DNA of 64,000 bases from Candidatus Bathyarchaeota archaeon (GTDB lineage Archaea > Thermoproteota > Bathyarchaeia > Bathyarchaeales > Bathycorpusculaceae), in NCBI GenBank assembly GCA_963811105.1, contig CAWEPZ010000011.1, positions 64,001 to 128,000 on the forward strand, written 5' to 3'. The translations under genes and the position numbers were made by a program. The first letter of the stretch is position 1; each line of letters opens with the position of its first letter. Below are positions 20,776 through 31,322 of this stretch, one piece after another. A model generated the notes under the pieces. It had not been told where the DNA came from. It did no database searches and saw only the letters and a list, made by a program, of their open reading frames with translations.

Positions 20776-23700
20776 TTAGTGTATGTTTAGGTGAATTTTT
20801 TTGCCATCTAACTCGGATTCGTGCCAGTCTGCGTCAACTTCGTCAGACCGGCTACTATGCAAATACACTTTGCGCGTTCGCACAAGTCCAGCCATTTGAT
20901 CCAAGTAAGGCTCAAGCAACGCCATGCTTTCCGCATCCAATTCGGCAATATGAACCGACTGCAACACGTCTGTGGGCACAAAACCCATCTCTTTACGGAG
21001 CGCTTGGACACGACGGGCTAAATCACGCATTATTCCCTCGCCGAGCAACTTATCATCTCTTTGCCCGCTTACAAAGACTGTTACATCGTTTTCTTGGCTG
21101 GAAACCCAATTTTCACCACCCACATACTCTGGAACCGATAACCCATATTCTGCAACTTTAACGTTTACTTGTTCCAAAAACAAAGCCTCCAGACACTTCA
21201 ATGCGTCCAGTGTTTTTTGCGGCGCAACTACGATTACTTTGCTAAGCGGCCATCTTCGTTTGAGTTTTCCCTGTTGCCTTGCGGCGTATGCTATTGAAAC
21301 AACTTTCAGTAGAAGGTCAAATTTTTCTTCAAGAGTTTTGTTGCGGATTTTTTCATTCGGAGTTGGCCAAGCGGCGAAGTTGATTGATTCAGGCAGTTGT
21401 GGTTCAAGTTGACGGTATACTTTCTGGTAGAGTACCTCACTGAGGTATGGCGTAATTGGGTTGAAGAGGAGCGTCACTGTTTTTAGTGCATGATGCAGGA
21501 GAGCATAAATGGTTTGGCGTCGCTCAAGAGTTTCCGGTTCATCAGTCCAAAGTTCCTTGCGTATCATGGGCACATAGAGTCTGCTTAGGGTTTCAATTAC
21601 GAAATCGTCCAAAACAGCCACAGCAGCGTTAAATTCACATCGCTCCAGCTTGCCTGTGTAATCTTCAATTTTTTCCTGCAGCACAGATAAGAGCCAAAAA
21701 TCAGCCGCTTGAAGCTTACCCGCAGCAAAAGCCCAGTCCAACGTGTATTTGCTCGGAGTAAACTCGTCGAAAGTGGCATTTTGCATGAAGAACCTGCTCA
21801 AGTGGTATAAGGTAGATAGGACTTGGTATGGGCGCCGGTTAAGTTCTTGCATGTCAAAATTCATGAAGTCAATTGGCGAGCACTTGCGCGTCATGTAAAA
21901 GCGACATAGGTCAGCACTATTCTTTTCAAGAAGCTTTTTGGTTTCAACTACATTGCCTAGGCTTTTGCTCATTTTTCTGCCTTTAGAATCTTGAGTTAAA
22001 CCTTGAAATAGAAAAGCCTTGTAGGGCGATTCCGGTTTGCCTGTTAAGACAATGTATTCAAGCAAAAGCGAGTTTGCCCATCCTCGGGTTTGATCTATGC
22101 CCTCCGTTAAGAACGCGGTTGGCACAAACTTCTCAACTTCCTCATCTGTGAAGCGAGCGTATGGTGAAGCGCCACTGTTATGCCAAGTGTCCAAGACAAA
22201 GTCTTCCCGACGCATGATTCCACCGCATTTTTCACATTTAAGAGTGACTCGGTCAACCCATGGCTTATGCAACTCAAAATTCTCAGGAATCGCCTCCTGA
22301 GCATCTTCAATTAGTTCTTTTTTGCTTCCGATTATGCGTTTGTTGCCGCATTTTTCGCATGCCCAAATTGGAAGTGGCGTACCCCAAATCCGTTCTCGAC
22401 TAATGCACCACGGCTTACCTTCTTTCAAGAAGCCTAGGAAACGGTTTTTTGGCTCTTCAAAGAAGTACTCAACTTTTTCTGCAGCCTCAATCACTTTACT
22501 GTTTAATTTGTCTGTTCGCAAAAAGTATTCTTTTCTTGCAAGCCAAACCAGTTTATGGTGCGAACGCCAACAAGTAGGGTACTCATGTTTTACTTTTGTG
22601 AATTTGACAAAGGAATTACGGTTGCGTAGTTCCTCTACTACAAGCACGTCAGCTTCTCTGGCAAAAACCCCCACAAATAGTCCGGCATCTTTAGTGAATT
22701 TTACTTCGTCATCAAATGGCGCGTAGATTGGTACGCCTCTGCGTTGGGCCGCCCAAAAATCGTCTTCGCCGTTGCCAGGAGAAAGGTGAACCACTCCTGT
22801 AGCTGTGTTTACGTCTACAAAGTCTTCGCCTATTACCTTGTGGACAAGGGGATGTTTGGTTTCGTTTTCAGCCTGCTTGGGAATTAGATCTTTTAGGGGA
22901 TAGTCGTAGCCTGTGCCTTCCAAGCTTGTTCCGGGCATAGAATCTGTAATATGATATTTTATTATATCAAGTTCCTGCATGATTGGTTCGACACGTTGCT
23001 TCATCATGATCCAGATCTCGTCGCCAACTGCCACTTTTACGTATTCAGCATCTGGCTTAACAGCAAGCATAGTGTCGGTTATTATGGTGAAGGGCATAGT
23101 TGTCCAAACGAGGAAAAATTCGTTTTTGCTGCCTGTAACTTTGAATTTGAAGTAAAATGAGGGGTCTTCAACCTCTTTGTAGCTGCCTTCGTAGCCGACT
23201 TCAGCGCTGCTAAGACTGGTTTGGCATCCTGGACAATAAGCAACAACGTAATGTCCTTCTTCAAGCAGGTTTTGATCCCACGCGCGCTTGAGGATTTGCC
23301 ATTCCCGTTCAATATAACTGTCTTTGTAGGTCCAGTAAGCCTTCTCCTGATTGATAAAAACTCCGAGGTTGTTGTCAGCTTCAAGCCACATCGAATGGTA
23401 ACGCATAATGGCTTTTTTGCATTCTTCAACAAAACGTTCCATTCCATACTTCGCGATGGATTCCCGCTTGTTTCGTACGCCCAAAAGCTTCTCAACCTCC
23501 AACTCCACAGGCAAGCCTTGACAATCCCATCCAGCCCAAAACGGCATATAGTAGCCTTCCATGGTTTTCCATCGGTAACGAATATCCTTCATCACCCGAC
23601 CACGGGCGTGACCTATATGCGGAATACCGTTTAATGTGGGCGGTCCTTCGACATAACCTAAAATGCCCTTAGCATCCTTTTCAAGCAATTCAAGTTTCTG

Positions 23701-23805
23701 GCGGATTTGGTTTTTTACCCAGAATTCACGCATTTCTTTTTCTATTTGAAGAGGAGCGTAATTTGTAGGCAAACCTGTTGAATCGTTTTCTTCAGTGGCA
23801 GTCAC
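20776..23805 (-). CDS. ileS: Isoleucine-tRNA ligase (archaeal/eukaryotic type)
   Basis: EGPP..HIGH, GWDCQGLPVE, WTTMP editing domain, WCISRER.WGTP, EGIDQTRGW and KMSKS. Confidence 0.97.
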   Translation of the reverse strand: MTATEENDSTGLPTNYAPLQIEKEMREFWVKNQIRQKLELLEKDAKGILGYVEGPPTLNGIPHIGHARGRVMKDIRYRWKTMEGYYMPFWAGWDCQGLPVELEVEKLLGVRNKRESIAKYGMERFVEECKKAIMRYHSMWLEADNNLGVFINQEKAYWTYKDSYIEREWQILKRAWDQNLLEEGHYVVAYCPGCQTSLSSAEVGYEGSYKEVEDPSFYFKFKVTGSKNEFFLVWTTMPFTIITDTMLAVKPDAEYVKVAVGDEIWIMMKQRVEPIMQELDIIKYHITDSMPGTSLEGTGYDYPLKDLIPKQAENETKHPLVHKVIGEDFVDVNTATGVVHLSPGNGEDDFWAAQRRGVPIYAPFDDEVKFTKDAGLFVGVFAREADVLVVEELRNRNSFVKFTKVKHEYPTCWRSHHKLVWLARKEYFLRTDKLNSKVIEAAEKVEYFFEEPKNRFLGFLKEGKPWCISRERIWGTPLPIWACEKCGNKRIIGSKKELIEDAQEAIPENFELHKPWVDRVTLKCEKCGGIMRREDFVLDTWHNSGASPYARFTDEEVEKFVPTAFLTEGIDQTRGWANSLLLEYIVLTGKPESPYKAFLFQGLTQDSKGRKMSKSLGNVVETKKLLEKNSADLCRFYMTRKCSPIDFMNFDMQELNRRPYQVLSTLYHLSRFFMQNATFDEFTPSKYTLDWAFAAGKLQAADFWLLSVLQEKIEDYTGKLERCEFNAAVAVLDDFVIETLSRLYVPMIRKELWTDEPETLERRQTIYALLHHALKTVTLLFNPITPYLSEVLYQKVYRQLEPQLPESINFAAWPTPNEKIRNKTLEEKFDLLLKVVSIAYAARQQGKLKRRWPLSKVIVVAPQKTLDALKCLEALFLEQVNVKVAEYGLSVPEYVGGENWVSSQENDVTVFVSGQRDDKLLGEGIMRDLARRVQALRKEMGFVPTDVLQSVHIAELDAESMALLEPYLDQMAGLVRTRKVYLHSSRSDEVDADWHESELDGKKIHLNIH

Positions 23806-24342
23806 TTTTCATTCCCGTACCGCAAAATAAGCTGAAAGGCTAATTAAATGTATTAGTAAGGATGAACTTACTAAATTTAGTATATTCACAGTCAAGGAAA
23901 CTCGTAAATGATATAGCCCACGAATATTTTTCAAACATAGATTTAACTTTTCACCATTTGAATTAATAAGCCAAATTTCATACATTGAAAGTGCATTATT
24001 AAGGTTTTGACAAGATTTCAAGGTTAACTTTTTAGTCTTTTCAACGAGGGGCTAAGCTTGTTTTATGATTATGAGTACTGGTAATCCTGTGAGATACAAG
24101 CTAATTAAATGATTGAATCAGATTTCCTAGCTTCAAAAGATTGTTTAGAATATTGCAGAGGTTTTCAGGTCAGGCAATATTTGGAAGAAGTGGAACTTTT
24201 TCAAACAAACTAAAATTCACCAAATCTATTTTACAATTTTTCCATTACTTGGGACCCAAGTTTGTTCGCCTTCCGTCTATAATCACAAATGGATTATTTT
24301 CACTATTTTCAATTTCTGGTTGTCGTAATAGTTTTTTTGCCA

Positions 24343-24660
24343 TTAATCTTCGTAAAATTCGGAAATACCAAGTTCAGATGTCTTTGGGCCATCTGTGAAA
24401 ATCTTTCCTATTATTCTGTTTGTGTTTTTATAGTAAATTATCGTAGCAAATGTAAGCAATAAAGCTCCAGTGCCTGAACCTACCAAAGACAAAGCGTCTG
24501 CCAAATGGTTGCTAGCAATCCAAGAAATAAGCGAATATGGATTTGCCCAAATGCGAATTGAAATACCGATTCCCCAAACCAAGAATCCTGTTCCGATTAA
24601 ACCTAATAGTACATTATTTTGTTTATTGGGCGCATGTTCATTCCGTTTGTTTTGCCTCAT
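24343..24660 (-). CDS. Small two-TM membrane protein
   Basis: 105-aa ATG ORF with two hydrophobic helices. Confidence 0.55.
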   Translation of the reverse strand: MRQNKRNEHAPNKQNNVLLGLIGTGFLVWGIGISIRIWANPYSLISWIASNHLADALSLVGSGTGALLLTFATIIYYKNTNRIIGKIFTDGPKTSELGISEFYED

Positions 24661-24919
24661 CGTTTTTTGGTTTAGTATTCGATATATTTCTTATCAGCGA
24701 TAACAAGTTTAAAAAAGTATGGCAGTTCTGTAGGGGCAAGAATACACTAATCTTCAACAAGAAATGAAAATAGTTTAAGCGATGTTAGAATATATTAGAA
24801 TGGGCAATGAAAGGAAAAGGCTTTGCGGAAAATACAATTATTCTTTTGGTCTACGAGAAATAAGACGCGAAAAGAAGTTGAATAATTACTAATAGCAATT
24901 CTCTCGGGTTTCTTGGCTG

Positions 24920-25537
24920 TTAGTCTAAAGGTTGGTCACAGTAAGGACAATGCCTGACAAGTTTTGGTTTTGACTGGATATACTCTAGCATAAAAAGCGG
25001 CGTACTGAATTCTTTTTTACAGTTCGAGCAAGTTAGTTTTCCGTTCATTGGTTTGCTGGTCTCGATTTTTTGGCTGTTTGTTTTGTTTTGTTCAACAGTT
25101 GGGTATATCGTTTTTTGTGTTGTTTGCTCGGTGATTTTGATTATTGGTTGTTTTGGCGGCTCATTCTTTTGCTCTATTTTGTATTCTTTGCTTTTATTAT
25201 TCATTTTCGGTGTGTTAGTTACTAGCGTGGCTCTAACTAGCGTTTGGTTAGTTGGTTTAATGTTGGAAATGACGGGCATGTAGGTTGTCTGAGGTTTTGT
25301 GATTTTTCGTTTTTTGATAAGATTTACGGTTAAGCCAATAATGACCACAACGGCCGCGCCTGCTACTGCTGCATAAGTGGCAATGTTATGAGCCGTTTCG
25401 TTGCTTATTATCCAGAACATAGAGAACATAGGATTTCCAAAAAAATTGGTTAAATTTCCTACAGCATAAAAAATCAAACTACCTACAATAACAATTAGCG
25501 CTATACGAAGTTTTTGCTCTTTGATTTTTTCTAACAT
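24920..25537 (-). CDS. Membrane protein with C-terminal zinc ribbon
   Basis: Two N-terminal TMs; CSNC...CPYC. Confidence 0.7.
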   Translation of the reverse strand: MLEKIKEQKLRIALIVIVGSLIFYAVGNLTNFFGNPMFSMFWIISNETAHNIATYAAVAGAAVVVIIGLTVNLIKKRKITKPQTTYMPVISNIKPTNQTLVRATLVTNTPKMNNKSKEYKIEQKNEPPKQPIIKITEQTTQKTIYPTVEQNKTNSQKIETSKPMNGKLTCSNCKKEFSTPLFMLEYIQSKPKLVRHCPYCDQPLD

Positions 25538-25620
25538 TTTTTCGCCGAAGTTTTGGATTGTATATCTTACGGAATGGTCTTCTTCTTAACGGTTTAGCAA
25601 TGATAAATAGAAATTGATCG

Positions 25621-25650
25621 ATTTATTAGCGTTATGAATTATGAATTCCT
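25621..25650 (-). promoter_or_regulatory. Palindromic operator plus TATA-like box; third copy of the motif at 45521 and 54572
   Basis: atttattagcgttATGAATtatgaATTCcT versus atttattagtagtATGAATttgatATTCAT. Confidence 0.5.
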
Positions 25651-25693
25651 TTCTTATAATGGAGCTTAATGATTAGAATTAGAAATTGCTGTT

Positions 25694-27241
25694 TTACCTT
25701 TCTGTCTTTATGATGGTATATCCTTTGTCTTCTACTTTTTGTAAAATAATATTCAAAATATCTTCATTATTGGATGAAGAAGAAACAACTGTTATAGTTG
25801 CTGGGGGCGTTATGCCCTCAACAATTCTTAATAATGCTCTGCCAACTGGATCATTAATTGCCGTTTTTTGATTCGCTTCATATTCTATCTTTAAAACTTC
25901 AAGGAGCCTCTTTGCAGAGTCCATGTCTAATTGTTCAAGTTGACTAATTGACCGTCGTATCTTACGCATTTTAGTGGGCTCTAAAACCTTCTCTGAAGGC
26001 TCAACAACAACTATTTTCTCTGTTAATTGTAGTGTTTTCTTCAAAGATTCTCGAGGATTTATCGGCGTGGACATTGCGAGTACCTCGTCACAGTTATAAA
26101 TGGCTAAAGCAGTGGGCAAAGACTCTAAAGCAAAAGTGTAAGCTGACATAACCAAATCAAATGCCAACTTGTCTGCTTCCTCAGCATCTTTAGCGGTCAA
26201 ATCAGCAACCAAAATAGCATTCTGTCCCTGAGCACCCGTAAACTCTTTGACAACAAGTTTTCCAAAAAGAAACGTATGCTTCCAATCAACATCTTTCCAC
26301 CTGTCTCCTGGCTGATACTCACGGCTCCCACGGTACTCTACCCCCGTCTTAGCTGACTTGTCGGAGCGCTCAGAAACAACGGAACCAATCATGCTTGAAC
26401 CGGATGCAGTGCGCTCAAGATACTTAATGGCAAGCCAACGAGCATACTTAGCCCTCGGAATAATGTGCAAATCAACAGGTTCCAAATCTTGACCAGTAAT
26501 AACTAGTCCGCGCGAATCAACCGCCAGTGCATGGAGCAAAACTTTGTTTGGTCCAGCCAAAGGTGGTGTGAAATTTAAATTCACATTCACTTCGCTATTG
26601 GTTGGCAACACAAACTCTGAATGCTCAATGTTTACCCAGGGAGCCAGAGACGAGAGAGAAACAAAAACGGGCATATTACATTTTGTCTTGAGTGGATACA
26701 AATTATTTGCAGTTTCTCCTACTACCACCCTGTTCCATGTTTTTGATTCCTCAAAAGGTGCTCTAGGAATTTTGCGAAAAGCACTTACTAAACCAACTGC
26801 AAAATAAGCGCCTAAAAGAGCAGCGGTCAACATAAGAGTCAGATTCCAAAGTAGGGCTGAAGCAACAAACACAGCGATCAACCCAGTGCTCAATACCTTT
26901 AAGATATCGGAGGCAGTTCTGCCAACTTTCTTGAAAACGAAACTCTGAGCCGAAGCAGTTTCTTTAAGGCTTTCGTCTAAAAGCAATAATCCGGGAACTA
27001 TCAACAACACAGCAAAGACCCCACCAAAGATAGTAGTAAATGCTAAAGGAGCAAGAATTAGAGAGCTAAAAACCAAAATCAAGCTTATGCTTCTTTTAGG
27101 TTGCCTGTATGCTAAACCAAGCTGAATCGCTAACAAAGCGAGAGCCAAACCCAACTGCGGAAGCGGAGAGACCAAAATAGCTAGCAAAAGCATTGATACA
27201 AAGTATACTTTAGCAACTGTTTTTATCGTAACTGCAACCAT
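25694..27241 (-). CDS. DUF58 (vWA-like) membrane protein, MoxR partner
   Basis: EYRGSREYQPGD..VDWKH..LVVKEF; N-terminal TMs. Confidence 0.88.
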   Translation of the reverse strand: MVAVTIKTVAKVYFVSMLLLAILVSPLPQLGLALALLAIQLGLAYRQPKRSISLILVFSSLILAPLAFTTIFGGVFAVLLIVPGLLLLDESLKETASAQSFVFKKVGRTASDILKVLSTGLIAVFVASALLWNLTLMLTAALLGAYFAVGLVSAFRKIPRAPFEESKTWNRVVVGETANNLYPLKTKCNMPVFVSLSSLAPWVNIEHSEFVLPTNSEVNVNLNFTPPLAGPNKVLLHALAVDSRGLVITGQDLEPVDLHIIPRAKYARWLAIKYLERTASGSSMIGSVVSERSDKSAKTGVEYRGSREYQPGDRWKDVDWKHTFLFGKLVVKEFTGAQGQNAILVADLTAKDAEEADKLAFDLVMSAYTFALESLPTALAIYNCDEVLAMSTPINPRESLKKTLQLTEKIVVVEPSEKVLEPTKMRKIRRSISQLEQLDMDSAKRLLEVLKIEYEANQKTAINDPVGRALLRIVEGITPPATITVVSSSSNNEDILNIILQKVEDKGYTIIKTER

Positions 27242-27271
27242 TGGTTCTTCAGCTGTTTAGCATTGGTTTAA

Positions 27272-28216
27272 TTATATTTTTGGAACTGCGACGTTTTTGA
27301 GGACTCTATTCACTATGTCAATAGACTTTACGTTTTCCATTTCGGCTTCGGGTTTAACGTGTATTCTATGAATCATAACTGGAACGGTTAACTTTTTCAC
27401 GTCATCTGGTAACACATAATCTCTTCCCTGCAAGAAGGCAAACGCTCTTGCCCCTTTGTAAAACGAAACACTTGCTCGGGTACTGGGACCAGTGAGAATA
27501 TCTGGATCCTCACGGGCAAACCTTACCAACGAAACGATGTAATCTCTAACTTCATCAGATACGTGGACTTTCTTCACCGCTAACTGAAGACCCGCAATCT
27601 CCTCAAGTGAAACAACGGCTTTAACGTCGGACGCTTCAATATAATCTAACTTAGAAATAACCTGCTCCTCATCCACTTTACTTAGGTAATCGCTCCAAAC
27701 CCTAAACATGAACCGGTCAGCTTGCACCTCGGTCAATGGATAAGTTCCCTCAGACCCATAGGGTAACTGACTTGCAATTATCATAAAAGGTCTGGGTAAA
27801 ACATGCGTTTCTCCTTCAATTGTTACTTGTCTTTCTTGCATGGCTTCGATTAAAGCAGCCTGAGTTCTGGGCGTTGTTCTGTTTAACTCATCAGACAAAA
27901 CCACGTTGGCAAATAATGGCCCTTTCAAAAAGCGGGACTTCCCATTAGGTGTGTAAAGATTAAATCCTGTTACGTCTGCAGGCAACATATCTGGCGTAAA
28001 CTGAATTCTCTTGAACTCTCCTCCTATGACACGAGAAAAGGTTTTCGCAAGGAGAGTTTTGGCTGTTCCAGGTAAACCTTCGATTAGAACATGCCCCTCG
28101 CTTAATAATGCGACAAGAAGCATTTCTTTTATTTCTTCTTTACCTATAACAACGTTTGAAACTTCGTCAAGAATTCTGCCTGGTATTCCAGTTATGTCTT
28201 TAACGTTTGTCGCCAA
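27272..28216 (-). CDS. moxR: MoxR-family AAA+ ATPase
   Basis: GHVLIEGLPGTAKT, RIQFTPDMLPADVTG, DELNR..PRTQAAL, EGTYPL and DRF. Confidence 0.95.
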   Translation of the reverse strand: MATNVKDITGIPGRILDEVSNVVIGKEEIKEMLLVALLSEGHVLIEGLPGTAKTLLAKTFSRVIGGEFKRIQFTPDMLPADVTGFNLYTPNGKSRFLKGPLFANVVLSDELNRTTPRTQAALIEAMQERQVTIEGETHVLPRPFMIIASQLPYGSEGTYPLTEVQADRFMFRVWSDYLSKVDEEQVISKLDYIEASDVKAVVSLEEIAGLQLAVKKVHVSDEVRDYIVSLVRFAREDPDILTGPSTRASVSFYKGARAFAFLQGRDYVLPDDVKKLTVPVMIHRIHVKPEAEMENVKSIDIVNRVLKNVAVPKI

Positions 28217-29105
28217 CCCTCGCTCCCTTCCGCCACATTGAATTTAGAGATAAAACCAATATCACTGCTATTAAGCTTAACGTGCCATAAGACGAAGAGA
28301 CCGCTCCATATACGACTGCAATAGTAGCCTTAGCATCATCTAAAGGCTCCTTAGGTAAATGAGATTGATCAGCAAACGCGGCAGAGCTCCCTCCTTGCAC
28401 ACCCATAACATTGTTGATGAACTGTAAATTATCATCTAATCCAATCATTCCGTTAATCATGAGGCTTGGGTCAGCAACTGCAACTACGACGCCTTGGCCT
28501 AGTGGGCTATATGCTACGACAGGAAAAGGCCCGTTAGGTTCATTATTGTTCCATGAACCATCACCATTGACGTCTAAAAAGCTGAACGTGGAAGAATAAG
28601 CTACCACGGTGGACTCAGAGGTGTTATTCAAACTGGAGGCATGATTAAAAACTATGCTGCTTACATTTGCTCCAATTGAGGAATTTGAGAAATCCGTAAT
28701 TTTAGGAAGCCACTTATCCTTATAATTGTACAAGGGATCCAGCATTGGCACACCAGTAAACCTCATTTTCAACCCAACACTGTTTAGAACTTGATTCCCA
28801 AAACCGTAATCGTCAAGAATCGCCAAGGTTCCGCCATTCAAAACATAGTTTTTCAGTTGTGAAAGTTCAGAATCAGAAAACGTTTCATATGGTACTATAA
28901 GAAGGGACGTTCCTTTCGGATTAGCGGGCAAATGATCAAACGTATTTACCAAAGTGAGCTTAGCTTTTGAGCTAAGCGTTGAAAGCCCGTTCCAGGATGG
29001 ATTTTCAACCCTGAAATCTCCGTTTGGCGGGAAGAACCAAATCAAAGTTAACATTGAAACTACGATGATCAAGGTTAAGCCAAGTAAGAGTTTATTTGTT
29101 TTCAC
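28200..29105 (-). CDS. DUF4350-like membrane-anchored protein
   Basis: NPSWNGLS, YVLNGGTLAILDDYG, VVAVADPSLMINGM and DNLQF. Confidence 0.8.
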   Translation of the reverse strand: MKTNKLLLGLTLIIVVSMLTLIWFFPPNGDFRVENPSWNGLSTLSSKAKLTLVNTFDHLPANPKGTSLLIVPYETFSDSELSQLKNYVLNGGTLAILDDYGFGNQVLNSVGLKMRFTGVPMLDPLYNYKDKWLPKITDFSNSSIGANVSSIVFNHASSLNNTSESTVVAYSSTFSFLDVNGDGSWNNNEPNGPFPVVAYSPLGQGVVVAVADPSLMINGMIGLDDNLQFINNVMGVQGGSSAAFADQSHLPKEPLDDAKATIAVVYGAVSSSYGTLSLIAVILVLSLNSMWRKGARVGDKR

Positions 29106-31062
29106 TCTTCAGTATCCTCCCAATTTTGTCTGCGTAACCTTGTGCTTTTACTAAATCTTGCTCTTCAGGCATATGTGCGGAATAAATTGATCTTTCAGTC
29201 AATACCGTCAAATCTCCAAACGGATAAGCTGAGTTCCCAAGACGATCTTCAGTTAGATGCAAAAACTCGCGCAAAGTCATATCTTGGTTCATTACAGTTC
29301 CTGTGAATGACTCGATACTTCTTAGGGCTTTAATGTAAGCCTCCAAAACTTTACCCTTAACTCCTTCGAACTTGAACTCCGGATTAAGAGAAGGCTCCGC
29401 CCTAATTGTTACTGAACTCTGCAGCTTCTCCAAATTTTTATCTGCAACCAGTTTTCCTCTATTTTTCTTCGTTTTGGACCCAGCAAACCTCAAGTATAAA
29501 ACTCCACATACCGAGAAGGAAGCCGCAAGAGAAACTGCGGTACTTACCGAGTTTAAAACGAAAACACCGATATTTTTCTGCGCTAATTCTTGCCAAGATT
29601 CAGCTGGCTTCACTGAAATCTTGATGTTTTGAGTGCCAGCAAAAATTGCACTTAAAGGTATGTTCATCGTTGAGTTGAAGGATCCATCATCCATCGTTGT
29701 AACCACGTCTGAAACGTATGCGAATTCTAGCGTAACAACTGCATTTTTCAATGGCCCTGATGCTGAACTTGCAATTCCAGAAACATGGACCTGCGACGGA
29801 AGAAAAACAAACGAAGGCACATTAACGCTCAGTTTCGAAGCAATCTTTGTGACTAATACATTTGCGCTTTGGTTTACCCCTGAGTATAGTCCTTCAGGAT
29901 CAATGTTTGCAGCTAAGCTGTGAACCCCCATTGCCGTCTGAGAATTGAGAATACTTTCGATAGTGAATAGTCCTAATTCGTTAGTTTTGACCTGCCCAAC
30001 TATTTCCTCGTCAAAAAGTAACCTCACTACTCTTTGTTTTAGGGGAGACCCATCTTGGGAAGTTACTACTCCATTAACAGTGTAACTCAGACCTGGATAG
30101 GCGACGTTAGGTGTGGTTATGTTTAGGAGTGTTTGGTAGAATAATATGTTGATGGAGAGTTTTGTGCTTAAACCTGCTAAATATGTTTCCTTATCAATAC
30201 TGCTTGCAGGTGCATAAAGGGCCTGAACGGTCATTGTATTTACGTATTGATATGGAACATGAAAAATTGTATTGTATTGTCCATTAGAATCAGTGTTGAC
30301 GTCTGCAACTTTTGTTCCGTCTATAAGCAACGCAACCACTCGGTTTTGCATAACTTGTCCTGCCGCATTAAGCAAGCCTGAAGCTTTGACTGCTCCGCCG
30401 ACAAATACTGTTGTCGAATCAAGGTTAAGCGACAGCTGAGTGGAAACAAGTTGTTTGGCCTCAATCTCAGCAGCTTGTTTTTTGGTGCTCTGTAAAAGTT
30501 CATGGTACCGGTTAATCAGGTCATTTAGTTTTTGCAGAAGACCCTCAAGCGCATCATATGATTGTTTAATGTTGCTTTGAGCTGGGGCTGCAAAAACTCC
30601 TAGCCGTTGACTCACGGTTGCGGTTGCATCCTGCAGTTCACCTAAAAGTATCTGTACTCTTGCAACCAAAACGCCCGCGTTATTGAGCACTCGGGAAGCT
30701 TCACTTAATCGGTTTTGATTAAGTAGAGAAGAAGCATTGTCCAATGTGGTGCGAAGGTCCGATAAAGCGCCGATAAGTTGCTGAGTTATGTTGTTGTATC
30801 GATTTATGATGTAGCTTAAGTCTGCAGGCACGGCAATGTGGCTTAGCTGTTGAGTTAGCCTGCTTGCATTGTCGTATTGTTCGGAAGCAATAAACGACAG
30901 AATGCCTGCGTATTGGGATAGAAAAGAGTAAGGATCCATTGTGCTTTGGGCATTTAAAGGGTCCTCATGTGGAACATGTGCAGGTCCGGCGTTAACTGAA
31001 ACAGCTGATAACAAAAAAGAAAACGCTAAGATAAAGATGAAAGCGACTACAACAGGCTTCAT
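29092..31062 (-). CDS. Secreted helical plus Ig-like protein with C-terminal TM and DUF4129-like domain
   Basis: Signal peptide, Ig-like repeats, and TLREF..LTVLTERSIYS in the cytoplasmic tail. Confidence 0.8.
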   Translation of the reverse strand: MKPVVVAFIFILAFSFLLSAVSVNAGPAHVPHEDPLNAQSTMDPYSFLSQYAGILSFIASEQYDNASRLTQQLSHIAVPADLSYIINRYNNITQQLIGALSDLRTTLDNASSLLNQNRLSEASRVLNNAGVLVARVQILLGELQDATATVSQRLGVFAAPAQSNIKQSYDALEGLLQKLNDLINRYHELLQSTKKQAAEIEAKQLVSTQLSLNLDSTTVFVGGAVKASGLLNAAGQVMQNRVVALLIDGTKVADVNTDSNGQYNTIFHVPYQYVNTMTVQALYAPASSIDKETYLAGLSTKLSINILFYQTLLNITTPNVAYPGLSYTVNGVVTSQDGSPLKQRVVRLLFDEEIVGQVKTNELGLFTIESILNSQTAMGVHSLAANIDPEGLYSGVNQSANVLVTKIASKLSVNVPSFVFLPSQVHVSGIASSASGPLKNAVVTLEFAYVSDVVTTMDDGSFNSTMNIPLSAIFAGTQNIKISVKPAESWQELAQKNIGVFVLNSVSTAVSLAASFSVCGVLYLRFAGSKTKKNRGKLVADKNLEKLQSSVTIRAEPSLNPEFKFEGVKGKVLEAYIKALRSIESFTGTVMNQDMTLREFLHLTEDRLGNSAYPFGDLTVLTERSIYSAHMPEEQDLVKAQGYADKIGRILKSENK

Positions 31063-31322
31063 AAGGTTACTCCAATTAGTATTTGCAGTACCTTCAGCGC
31101 AACTATAATTATGAAAATTGCGAAAAGTAAATATCCAATTAGATTAGTTGTTTTTTGAGTCTTCATGTTAAATGGTGAATGCAATAGCGTTAAGATGAAA
31201 TATTCAACAATATATATCGAAACAAATAGGTCTAAGCCGCTTGCGGTATAAAACGAAAGAGCAAAAGTGGTTAAGGCATACGAGAGGGCTAAAGAAACAA
31301 TGTATCTTTCTGTGGTTTTCAG
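31059..31322 (-). CDS. 87-aa three-TM membrane protein with CTG start (not in the ORF track)
   Basis: LKTTERYIVSLALSYALTTFALSFYTASGLDLFVSIYIVEYFILTLLHSPFNMKTQKTTNLIGYLLFAIFIIIVALKVLQILIGVTL; 4-bp overlaps on both sides (CTGA and ATGA). Confidence 0.8.
   Translation of the reverse strand: MKTTERYIVSLALSYALTTFALSFYTASGLDLFVSIYIVEYFILTLLHSPFNMKTQKTTNLIGYLLFAIFIIIVALKVLQILIGVTL

Noticed and set aside
20556-23634. Several long overlapping ORFs, e.g. 20556-21161 (+)
   Set aside because: They are antisense or off-frame shadows of ileS and the zinc-finger microgene.
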